Assembly (NCBI RefSeq): GCF_963921235.1
Contig: NC_086107.1
Span: 103,232,001-103,296,000, forward strand
DNA: 64,000 bases
Origin: Mobula hypostoma
Lineage: Eukaryota
Direction of reading: 5' to 3'
Of the stretch, positions 26,120-37,360 are shown one piece after another. The notes under the pieces were generated by a model. It was given only the letters and a program-made list of their open reading frames with translations, was not told the DNA's origin and made no database searches. The translations under genes were made by a program, and so were the position numbers. The stretch's first letter is position 1; each line of letters opens with the position of its first letter.

Positions 26120-26610
26120 GCAACACATACAAAATGCTGGAGGAACTCAGCAGGTCGGGCAGCCTCTACGAAAACGAATAGATAGTCAACATTTCTGGCC
26201 AATACCTTTCCTCGTAACGGAGAAGGAAGGGGGAAGATGCCAGACTAAAAGGTCAGGGGTGGGGAAGGAGGCCAACTGGAAGGTGATAGGTGAAGCCAAG
26301 TGGGTGGGAAAGCTAAAGGACTGGAGAGGAAAGAATCTGATAGGAGAGGAGCGTGGACCATAGGAGAAAGGGAAGGAGGGGGTAGTGATAGGCAGGTGAG
26401 AAGTAGAAGGTCAGAGTGGGGAACAGAGGAAGGGGGGGATTTGTTCACTGGAAGGAGGAGTCAATGTTCATGCCATCAGGTTGGAGGCTACCCAGACAGA
26501 ATATAAGGTGTTGCTCCTCCACCCTGAGGGTGGCCTCATCTTGGCACAAGAGGAGGTTGTGGACCGACATGGTGGAACAGGAATGGGAATTGAAATATTT
26601 GGCCACCAGG
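26120..26610 (-). mobile_element. Penelope-like retroelement 3' fragment
   Basis: Same endonuclease-tail sequence (ccatcaggttggaggctacccagacagaatataaggtgttgctcctcc on +) and pLTR unit as the 42150-42750 copy. Confidence 0.68.
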
Positions 26611-26750
26611 AAGTCCCGCTTGTGGGCAGCATGAAAACGAACTTGCCGTTGATCAGTCAGCGCACTGAGTATGGAAGGTGGAACATTATGTCACAGTTGT
26701 AGAGGTCACTGGTGCACTTGGAACACTGTGTACTGTTTTGGTCATCCTGT

Positions 26751-27425
26751 TAGATTAGATTAGATTATGAGGACACGCAGTCCTTTTTGATTGTCATTTA
26801 GTAATGCATGCATTAAGAAATGATACAACGTTCCTCCAGAATGATATCACAGAAACACAAGACAAACCAAGACTGAAAAACTGACAAAAACCACATAATT
26901 ATAACATATAGTTACAACAGTGCAAAGCTATACCGTAATTTGATAAAGAACAGACCATGGGCACGGTAAAAAAAAAGTCTCAAAGTCTCTCAAAAGTCCC
27001 ATCATCTCACGCAGACGGTAGAAGGAAGAAAATCTCTCCCTGCCATGAGCTTCCAGCGCCGCAAACTTGCCGATGCAGCATCCTGGAAACACCCGACCAC
27101 AGCCGACTCTTGAGTCCGTCCGAAAACTTCGAGCCACCGACCAGCCCTCCGACACCGAGCACCGAGCACCATCTCTGCCGAGCGCTTCGACCCCGGCCCC
27201 AGCTGCCGAGCTATAGGCAAAGCCAAGGATTTGGGGCCTTCCCCTCTGGAGATTCTTGATCGCACAGTAGCAGCGGCAGCGAAGCGGGCATTTCAGAAGT
27301 TTCACCAGATGTTCCTCCGTGCTTCTCACGTCTGTCTCCATCAAATCAGAATTGTGCACGGTGCCTACTTAACAAATACCGATATCATTTCGGAGCGGCC
27401 GCGCGCTGCGTCGTGCCGCCATCCT
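26751..27425 (-). mobile_element. Non-autonomous LINE-derived retroelement with (TCTAA)n tail, copy 1
   Basis: The - strand starts GATGGCGGCACGACGCAGCGCG (GC-rich LINE-like 5' end) and ends ...gtcctcataatctaatctaatctaa. No RT ORF. A second copy lies at 35370-35975. Confidence 0.7.
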
Positions 27426-28179
27426 CTCCTCCCCTCCTGTTTAGAGGAAAGAAGTGGTAAAACTGAATAGAGTGCAGACAATATATGAGGGTACATGACT
27501 AGAGGGCCTGAAATATAGAGAGAGGTTGGCCAGGGTAGGTCTTTGTTCTTTGGAACGTAGGAGAACGAGGAGCAACCTTACAGAAATGTTTAAAATTCTG
27601 AGAGACGTAGATAAGGTGGATGGTAACTGTTTCTTCCCCAGGGTAAGGGAGTCTGAAATGAGTGGGCTTAGATTTAGAATGAGAGTGGAGAGTCTTTAAA
27701 GAGGCCTGTGAGACAACGTTTTCCGGCAGAGTGTGACGAGAATATGGAATAGGCTGCCAGAGGGAGCGGTTGAGGGAGGTACAATGGTGTCATTTAAGAG
27801 ACGCTTGGTTAGGTACCTGGAGGGGCAAGACTCGGAGGGATACAGTTCAAACGCAGGAAGTTGGGAGGGTACTGTGGAGAGCGTGGACTGGTTGGGCCGG
27901 AAGGCCGGTGTGTTGTTCTATGACTGTGTGGCTCTGTGGCTTGATCAGTATGAGGAGACCCTGTGTGAGCTACTTGGAGAACCAGCTGGATCTCAGCCCG
28001 AAACGTCAACTGTACCTTTTTCTAAAGATGCTGCCTGGCCTGCTGAGTTCCTCCAGCATTTTGTCTGTGATGCTCGGATTTCCAGCATCTGCAGATTTTC
28101 TTTTGTTTTTGCCTCACTGGTGTCCGTATTGAAGGAGCTGTAGAATGCCTTAGGCATCCCAAAGGCCTTTAATAGTAAA

Positions 28180-28550
28180 TGAGGAGCCTGAGAAGGATTC
28201 TAAACATCAGATGGACTGACAAAGTAACCAACCAGACACTGTGGGACAACACCAGCCAGGAATCCACAGAGATACAAACACACAAGTGGAAATGGGGCAG
28301 GATTGGCCACACCTTGAGGAAGCCGACCAACAACGTCACCAGGCAGGCACTTACATGGAATCCCCAAAGAGAGAGGAAAGGAAGGGGACTTCCGAAGAAC
28401 GCATGGAGGAGAGACGCCGAGGCCAAGGTTAGATGGTGGAGACACTCCTGGTCCACCCTTGAGAAACTGGCTCTGAACAGAGGACGATGGAGGTGGAAGG
28501 TTATTGATGGCCTATGCTCCAATGGGAGCCAAGGGCCCAAGAAGAGGAAG
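28180..28550 (+). mobile_element. RTE-clade LINE 3' end
   Basis: LRRILNIRWTDKVTNQTLW..KWGRIGHTLRKPTNNVTRQALTWNPQ..GRGLPKNAWRR..LCS, ending in an aagaagagg tail; a typical RTE C-terminus. Confidence 0.8.
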
Positions 28551-28729
28551 AATATTAATTGTGTTTGTTTTATCCAGACAGAATGATTTCTATCCTTCTT
28601 TCAAAAATGGATTAAACTAGCCTATCCCAATCTGTTAGTTCAGATCCATCAGCCCTTTTGATTAGAGATACCTTTCTACATGAGCACTAATTCCATTCTA
28701 GATTATAGAGTCCAGATATAACAATATTA

Positions 28730-29420
28730 ATAACTTTATTTATGTAGCACCTTGCATGCATTAAGATGCAGACTCAAAGTGCTTCACATAGATCGTAAAG
28801 ATAAATCAATATAGTCATAAAACATGAGACAAAATTTAAAATCACAAATAAAGACACACATTATATAGCATAAAACGTAACTTCCAAATTATATAAATAT
28901 AAACAACACCCAGAGGCATTGAATAATCCTAGAAGTAAGCGAAATTAAAAATGTAGGTTTTTGAAGTGTTTTGGAACGTTCCACAGTACCATCCTGTCAT
29001 ATCTCAGTCCAGATTTTTGGTGCATAAGAGCAAAAAAGCCACATCACCAGTTCTCATCTGCTTGGCTCTGGGAACACTAGTGGATCCTGTATTCGTGGAG
29101 CTAAGATAACGATTAGGGTTTGTAAGGGGATAGACACTCCAAAATATATGGAGGAGCTATATTATTATTCAGAGCCTTATATACAATGAAGATTGTATCT
29201 AAATTGATCCTAATGGACACCGGCAGCCAGCGTAATGGTGCCAAAACCAGTGAAATGTGCTCAGATTTTCTTCTGTTTTTGTTAAAATTTTTCAACAAGC
29301 TGCAACCAATTTATATCTTTATTAGGCAGTCCTAAAAAGAATGCATTACAGTGGTCTAATTGGCTAAAACAAAAGGATGTACCAATTTTTCTGCATCTTG
29401 AGCTGTTATGAGAAAGCAAA
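28730..29420 (-). mobile_element. L2-clade LINE 3' fragment
   Basis: HISLVLAPLRWLPVSIRINL..IVYKALNNNIAPPYILECLSPY is an L2 C-terminus; 3' end ..gaagcactttgag..ggtgctacataaataaagtt. Confidence 0.75.
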
Positions 29421-29780
29421 CTCTGGTCTCCACAGCTGAAGCAGGACTAATTGTCCTTTAACTTCCTTTTGCAATGTTTTTGACCATGGATGAAAAAATT
29501 CACCAGCTGGTTAGGCTGCCGGCAAATACAGCAACTAGTCAGCCGGTGGTGTAGTGGCATCCACACTGGACTTTGAGGTGAATGGTCCCGAGTTCGAATC
29601 CGGCCGGCTCCTTGCACACTTTTGAGCTAGCAACTCAGTCTCGTAAAAAAACAGAGAAACACTAAAGAAGTGGCAAAAAATGCTGCCCAATAAACCACAA
29701 GGGGCAAGGAGGAACAACAACAAATATAGCAACTGCCTGGGTCATGAACAACCTGTTTTATGGAAACCCATAATACTTTC

Positions 29781-30016
29781 TGTTATGTTTTGTCCTTCAA
29801 AACATTAAACTAAGATACGGGAGTCCGATATGTGAGTCTAACTGCGGGATTACTTCAAGCAAGGCGCCCAGGATCACATAGTATCGCGATGACGTATGCA
29901 ATTAACGTATTTTTACATATAACCTGTAATTAATTATTTAAACAAACAAGAATGCTTACTCAAACAATATATGTACAAGGTTACTCAAATATTATTGAAA
30001 TATTAAATACACAGCA
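29781..30016 (-). mobile_element. Possible solo LTR
   Basis: About 235-bp AT-rich segment bounded by TG...CA (- strand tgctgtgtattt ... aaaacataaca). No matching TSD found. Confidence 0.35.
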
Positions 30017-30764
30017 AGTTTGTTTGTTATGTGCTGTGTAATATGACACAGGCGATCATAGTCTATGACTATGATTGTTCTTGGCAAATTTTTCTGCAGA
30101 AGTGGTTTGCCATTGCCTTCTTCTGGGCAGTGACTTCACAAGACGGGTGACCCCAGCCGTTGTCAATACTCTTCAGAGATTGTCTGCCTGGCGTCAGTGG
30201 TCGCATAACCAGGACTTGTGATCTGCACCAGCTGCTCATACGACCATCCACCACCTGCCCCCATGGGTTCACGTGACCCCGATTGAGGGGAAGGGAGGCT
30301 AAGCAGGTGCTACACTTTGCCTCAGGGTAACAATAATAAAATGTTCTGTGATGGATACAGAATATATATTCCAATAGTTTAATTATAGATATTACTAGGG
30401 TGAGTATTCAGTAGCATGAACAGTGATACATTATGGGTAGCTTTAGAAGTGATAATTTCAATTGGTTTTTATTATCCAGTGAAAAACTTTGTTTTGCATG
30501 CTATCCACACAGAAACTTCACAAGTGTCACCTTGAAGGAAAAGCAATAATGGAGTGCAGAATGTGGTGTGACAGAGAAACTGCAGTGCAGGGGACGAGAC
30601 CAGGTAGATTGCGGAGTCAGCAGTCCATCTTTATCAGACAAGAGGTCCATTCAATCGTCTTAGAACAGCAGCAGGATAGAAGCTGCCCTAGAGCCTGGAG
30701 GTGAAATTGGCTTACAGACAGTTCTCAGGTCTGTTCTTCCTGTATGTTTTTAGTTAGAGGTACA

Positions 30765-30990
30765 GCACGGTGACAGGCTCTTCTGGCCCAATGAGTCTGG
30801 CTGCCCAATTACATCCATGTGACCAATTACCTACTAACCGGTACGCCTTCGGACTGTGGGAGGAAACCAGAGCACCCGGAGGAAACCCAAGCGGTCACGG
30901 GGAGAACGTACACGCTCCTCAGAGGCAGTGGTGGGAATTGAACTTGGGTTGCTGGCCTGTAATAGCGTTGTGCTAACTGCTACACTTCCA
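30765..30990 (-). mobile_element. V-domain tRNA SINE (elasmobranch HE1/V-SINE-like), representative copy
   Basis: V-domain gtgtacgttctccccgtgacc..gggtttcctccgggtgctctggtttcctcccacagtccgaag. Similar copies occur near 1185, 9720, 32740, 38280, 44590, 48360, 58310 and 63850. Confidence 0.75.
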
Positions 30991-33009
30991 CACGTAACCC
31001 AACGATTCCATGGATTAGCGAGCATCGAATGGGTAAGGGAAGGGAAAACCTTATGAGTGTATTCGCGACCTGGGAGGAGAGGGGAAGAAGGTCAACTTCC
31101 TGTATGCTTCACCCATTCGGCCCATCTTGGAGTGATCTCATGTTCGAAGCAGCTCCTTGTTACCGATTCCCTCTCACTTGCCCGTCAGACCCGTTGGAGT
31201 GCCGTCAACCCACTGGTGCTCCCACATTGCGGACAGTTTACAGAGGCTCGTTCGCCCATCAACCTGTGGTGGAGGACGCAGAGGTACCCAGAGGTAACCT
31301 GGGAGGTCCTGTAAACTCCGCACAGGGGTCAGAGTCAACCCCAGGCCATTGGGGCTGTGAGTCAGCACCACTATCGTCCCTTCAACAGAGCGTTGGGTTA
31401 TCGAGTACTTTCAAAAACAAAGATGAGCAGTGGAGCATGTGTGGGACTAGTAGAACAACCTACTCTGCTTTTTTATATTTTTCATATTAATTTTATGCTT
31501 TGTCATGATATAGAAAGCCATTCGGCCCATCGAGTCCACGCCAGCTCTCAGAGTAATCCCATCAGTCCCATTCCCTGACTTCTCCCTCACCCAGATTTCC
31601 TGTCACCCACCAACTCACAAGGAATGTTTACACTAGTCATTTACCCCATCAACCTGCCTGGGGAGCGGAGGGGTTAAACGTGAATGTAGATGAAAATACA
31701 GAAACTAAAGTATGTCAATAGTAACACACACACACAAAACGATGGAGGAACTCGGCTGCATCGATGGAAGAGAATAACGAGTTGACGTTATGGGTCGAGA
31801 CCCTAGGACTAACGTAGAAGGGAAAGGAGGGTCAGTATAGGTGTATTGGCCTGAAGGGCCCATTTCTGTTACTCTCGGGGAGATGAAGATGAAACGAGGA
31901 GCTATTGGAAAAGTTTCTCCCAACCCTCCCCCCCCCCGCCATTCTTACTCTCGTTTCTGCCCCCTTTATTTCTAGTCCTACTGAAGGGTCAAATGTCGAC
32001 TCTTTATTCCTTTCCATAGATGCTGCCTGTCCTGCTGAGATCCTCCAGCATTTTGAGTGTGTGTGTGTGTGAGTGTTACTCGAGATTTCCAGCATCTGCA
32101 GAATTTCTTATATGTATGTCAAACGGCCCCGTGAGTCCGCTCGTTTTGTCTGATCTTTGGTCTCAAGCTTTCCAGTCTGACCTACAGATTTCTGGATGTC
32201 TGTAGACTGAAGCCTCTTCCCTGTCCTTGTCATCTTCACAAGTTCAATTCTTGGCTCTCGGCTGTTATTATCTTGCGGGAAGTCTGCCACTTTCTGATCT
32301 CGTCAGAAGGTGCACGGCCTGTACTTTATCCCTCTGCTTGATCAATTGATTCCTTGTTTGTTCCTTGATCTGCAATGAATTTGTGCCTCCGCAATCTCTG
32401 GCCCAATTCTTTCATCTTTTGTTTATTTTTGGCATGATTTTGAATTGGATTCATTGTCACGGTTTCTCAGATGTTCTTTTGGTCTTGCTACCTGGAGCTG
32501 GACGTAAAGCCCCATTCACATGGGGGACTGGTCCCTCCCACCTCCTGAGCAGATGGAGTTGCACAGAAACAGGCCCTTCAGCCCACCAGCTTCATGCTGA
32601 CCACCATCCACCTATATACCCTAATCCTATTCTCCCTAGTGTACATTCCCATCAGTTCTCACCCCTCCCCCTCCAGCGGTCCCACCACACAAATACAGAA
32701 CAAGCCATCTATAGTGACCGATTAACTTGGGCGTCACAGTAGCATAGCAGTTATCTTAACGCTATTACAGCCCCGGTTCAGTTCCGCTTCTATCTGTAAG
32801 AGGTTTGCACGTTCTCCTCATGGGTTTCCATGCGAGTTTCCTCTGGGTGCTCCAGTTTCCTCTGGGTGCTCCAGTTTCCTCCCACATTCCAGAGACTTTC
32901 GGGTCAGTAGGTTATTGGGTCACATGGGTGTGATTGGGACAGCGCGGAGTCACTGGACCGAAAGGGCCAGTTACCATGCTGTATCTGAAAAACAAAAACT
33001 TACCAACCC

Positions 33010-35020
33010 GCACATCATCTGCCACTTCTTTGCCCGTTCTCCCAAGCTGTGTAAGTCCTTCTGAAGACCCCCATCTTCCTCAGCACTCCCTGCCTCTCCA
33101 TCTTTCTTTGCATCATCTGCAAACTTGGCCACAAAGCCATCAATTCCGTAATCCAAATTGTGGACATATAATGTGAAAAGAAGCAGTCCCAACAGGACAC
33201 CACTAGTCACCAGCAGCCAATCAGAATAGGCCTCCTTTATTCCCAGTCTTTGCCTCCCACCAGTCAGCCAATCTTCTATCCAATCTTCTATTCTTCTAAT
33301 AGCATGGGCTCTTGTTAAGCAGCTTCATGTGTGGCACCTTGTCAAAGGCCTTCTGAAAATTCAAGTACACAACATCAACTGGCTCTACTTTGTCTTTCCT
33401 GCCCGTTATTTCCTCAAAGAATTCCAACAGATTTGTCACGCAAGATTTCCTCTTAAGAAAACTGTGCTGACTTTGCCTACGGTACAGTGTGCATCCATAC
33501 CCCAAAACCTCATCCTTAATAACGGACTCCAATGTCTCCCCAACCACTGAAGTCAGGTTAACTGGCCTGTAATTTCCTGTCTCCCTCCCTTCCTGAAGAG
33601 TGGAGTGACATTTGCAATTTTCCAGTCCTCCAGAATCAAAGGTTTCAAAGGTACATTTAATGTCAGAGAAATATATACAATATACATCCTGAAATGCTTT
33701 TTCTTCACGACCATCTATGAAAACAGAGGAGTGCCCCAAAGAATGAATGACAGTTAGATGTTAGAACCCCAAAGCTCCCCCCCAGTCCCCTCCCTCCCTG
33801 TGCGTAAGCGGCAACAAGCCGCTGGAATTAATTAGAATCATACTAGAATCTAATGATTCTTGAAAATTCATTACTAATGCCTCCTCAATCTCTTCAGCTA
33901 CCTTCTTCAGAACCCTGGGGTAGTCTGGTCCAGGTGACCTATCCACCGTCAGACCTTCCAGCTTCTCCTTATACTTCAGCCCTCTGACACTCTTGAATTT
34001 CTGGCATTCAGCTCGTATCTTCCACCTGAAGACTGATGCAAAATACTTATTAATTTTGTCTGCCATTTTCTTGTCCCCCATCACTACCTCTCCAGCATCA
34101 TTTTCCAGTGGTTCGATATCCACTCTCATCCCTCACCTCTCTTTTACTTTTTCTATATCTGAAAAAACTTTTGGTTCCTCTTTGATATTATTGACTAGCT
34201 TACCTTCATATTTCATCTTTTCACTCCGTATGACTTTTTTAGTTGCCTTCTGTTGGTTTTTAAAAGCTTCCCAATTCTCTAACCTCCCACTAATTTTTGC
34301 TATATTATATACCTTCCCTTTTGCTTTTACGCTGTCTTTAACTTCCCTTGCCTCATCCTGCCTTTAGAATACTTCTTCATCTTTGGGATGTATCTATCCT
34401 ACATCTTCTGAATTGCCCCAGAAATCCAACCATGCTGTTCTGCCGTCATCCCTGTTAGTGTCCCCTTCCAATCAACTTTGTCCAGCTCCTCCCTCATGCC
34501 TTTGAAATCCCTTCACTCCACTGTAATACTGATGCATCTGACTCTATTTTCTCCCTCTCAAACTGCAGGGTGAATTCTAACATATTATGATTACTGTCTC
34601 CCAAGGGTTCCTTTACCTTAAGCTCCCTTATCAAATCAGGTTCATTTCACTATACCCAATCCCGAATTGCCTTCTTCCTAGTGGGGTCAACCACAAGCTG
34701 CTCGAAAAAGCCATCTTGTAGGCATTCTACACAATCCCTCTCTTAGGATCCAGCACCAACCTGATTTTCCCAATCTACCTGAATATTGAAATCCCCCAAA
34801 ACTATCATAACAATGCCCTTAATACATGTCTTTTTCTATCTCCTGTTGCCATTTACACCCCACATCCTGGCTACTGTTTGGATGACTGTATATAACTCCC
34901 ATCAGGATCTTTCTACCCTTGCAGTTTCTGAAGTCTACCCACAAAGATTCTACATCTTCTGATCCTATGTTAACTTTTCCTAATGTTTTGATTTCATTTT
35001 TTACCAAGAGAGCAGCAGTC
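33010..35020 (-). mobile_element. CR1 LINE ORF2 fragment (endonuclease + RT), degenerate and interrupted
   Basis: Fragments VESLWVDFRNCKGRKILMGVIY (APE), NYRPVNLTSVVG..NLLEFFEEIT..VDVVYLNFQKAFDKVPH and GVLLGLLLFTLY..KFADD (RT). Short insertion at about 33640-33820. Confidence 0.85.
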
Positions 35021-35369
35021 TCCGCACACTCTATTAACTTTATCAACTGTTCTGCCTGATAAACAGAACAGTGTAATTGCAGGGGGTGAACAGAAATGGA
35101 AAGTACAGTAACTCCTGAGCAGGTCAGGCAGAGTCCACGGGGAGAGAGAGAGTTCGATGTTCAATGATCTTCCATCAAGAGGGGTATCCAGTTTGGAGAA
35201 GGTGTTAGAGGGAAAAAAGCAGAGAAGAGTGGACGGCAGGAAAGATTAAATGACATAAAGATTGCAGGGTGAGCAAAGATATTCATGCGGCAACAACTGA
35301 CCTACTGGAGGAACTTAACGGGTCAAACATTATTCAAGTGGAAGGAAGATCATTCATGAACACAAGAGG

Positions 35370-35975
35370 TTAGATTAGATTAGATTATGAGGATACGCAG
35401 TCCTCTTTTATTGTCACTTAGTAATGCATGCATTAAGAAATGATACATTATTTCTTCCGGTGTGATATCACAGAAAGACAGGACAGACCAAGACTGAAAA
35501 ACTAACAAAACCACATAATTATAACATATAGTTACAACAGTGCAACAATACCATAACTTGATGAAGAACAGGCCAAGGGAACAGTAAAAAAAAGTCCAAA
35601 GTCTCTCGGAAGTCCCACAACTCACGCAGACGGGAGAAGGAAGAAAACTCTCCCTGCCATGCCTGACCACAGTCCGACTCTAAGTCGTCTGAAAACGTCG
35701 AGCCTCTGATCAGCCCTCCGACACAGAGTACCGAGCACCATCCCCGCCGAACGCTTCGACCCCAGCCTCGGTCGCCAGCAGCAGGCAAAGCCGGGGATTT
35801 TGGGGCCTTCCCCTCCGGAGATTCTCGATCGCACAGTAGCAGCGGCAGCGAACCGGGCATTTCAGAAGTTTCTCCAGATGTTCCTCCGTGCTTCTCATGG
35901 CTGCCTCCATCAAATCAGGATTGTGCACAGCCCCTATTTAACAAATACGATATCATTTCACCGGAGAGCTGCGCA
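35370..35975 (-). mobile_element. Non-autonomous LINE-derived retroelement with (TCTAA)n tail, copy 2
   Basis: Colinear with 26751-27425 over about 600 bp. Confidence 0.7.
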
Positions 35976-35979
35976 AGCT

Positions 35980-36530
35980 GATTCTGCAGATGCTGGAAAT
36001 CTTGAGCAGCACACACGCACAAAATGATGGAGGAACTCAGCAGGTCAGGCAGCATCCATGGAGGGGAATAAACAGTCAACGTTTTGGGCCAAGACCCTTC
36101 ACCAGGACTGGAAAGGAAGGGGGGGAAAAGCCAGAATGAGAAGGTGAGGGGAGGGGAAGGGATACAAGCGGCAGGTGATAGGGGAGACCAGGTGGGGGGG
36201 GGGTGGAATGAAGTAAGAAGCTGGGAGGTGATAGGTGGAAGAGGCTGACGAATGATAGGAGAGGAGAGTGGAAAGGGAAGGGGGGCAACTAGAGGGAGGT
36301 GATGGGCAGGTGAGGAGAAGAGAAGGGGTGAGAGGGGAGGCCAGAAAGGGGAATGGAATAATAGAGAAAGGGTAAGGAGGAGCAATTACAGAAAGTTGGA
36401 GAAATCAATGGTCATGCCGTCTGGTTGGAATACGAACCAGACAGTAGCCTCACCGCGGCAGTGGAGGAGGCCATGGTCCGACACGTCGGAATGGGAATGG
36501 GAAATAGAATTAAAATGGCTGGCCACCTGG
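35980..36530 (-). mobile_element. Penelope-like retroelement 3' fragment
   Basis: ORF 36386-36619 ends VASHFNSISHSHSDVSDHGLLHCRGEAT..QPDGMTIDFSNF, followed by a pyrimidine-rich UTR and a pLTR unit with a mutated hammerhead core. Confidence 0.72.
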
Positions 36531-36749
36531 TTGTGAAGCAGTTGAAAATATCTAGGCTTGTGAGCACAGGTCTTCCTCAGATTAGGAACACCCAACATGA
36601 GTATGGTCCATACAAACAAAGTAGTGTTTGGGAGACCAGGGAGACAAATTTGCTGGCTGTTGTGAGGCTACCAGCAGCTTCCATTGTGTGGGATCTTAGT
36701 TCACAATCGTATCTGAATGGTTGAACTACACACCCTGGTTTAACAAGAC

Positions 36750-37360
36750 CAGGGTTTCTTAAACTTTTTTTATGCCACAGATCTCTTTGGCAGTCCAGTG
36801 AAGACAATAGACTCCTTCTCAGAATCATGTATTTAAATGTATAAAATAAAAACTTTAACAAACAGTAGAAATGACTCACCTCCATCTACGCATTGATCTA
36901 CAGGCAATTGTGGAGAGGGGACACTGGAGAGTAACGTAGATGTCTGGGTCACGAACGTGATAACAGGCGACTTCACTGTTTGGTGGCTGAACGACTACCA
37001 GGCAGAGGGCTGCCCGATAGTTGGCCAGCTATGTCGCACAAGCATCTGCAGACAGGAGGACCGCGATCACGTTCGATCTAGCGGCAGGTCTATTAACTAC
37101 CGTCATTTCTAAGTAGCAATGAGCGTGCTGTAAACAATATTTGTAACAACTGTAATGTGATATGAAACTATCTGTGATTTCTATTGGTGACAAAGTCACA
37201 AGTACCACTAATTCTACTGTGGTTTGTTGCCTACGTTCATAATTGAAGGAAAAGCTAAATTTCACTGAGAAGTTAGTGAAAATAAAGATGTAATTTTTTC
37301 CCCCATCCAAGTTCACGACCCTCTGGAATCTATCCAGGGACCTCAGGCTAAGATCCCCTG
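36750..37360 (+). mobile_element. hAT-Charlie MITE (Charlie4-like)
   Basis: Termini cagggtttcttaa ... ctaagatcccctg with 8-bp TSD aacaagac / aactagac (7/8, CTAG-type Charlie target). The arms resemble the Charlie4a consensus as I recall it. Confidence 0.8.

Noticed and set aside
33010..35020. Intact autonomous LINE
   Set aside because: Multiple frameshifts, stops, internal deletions and an insertion; no full ORF2 exists anywhere in the window.
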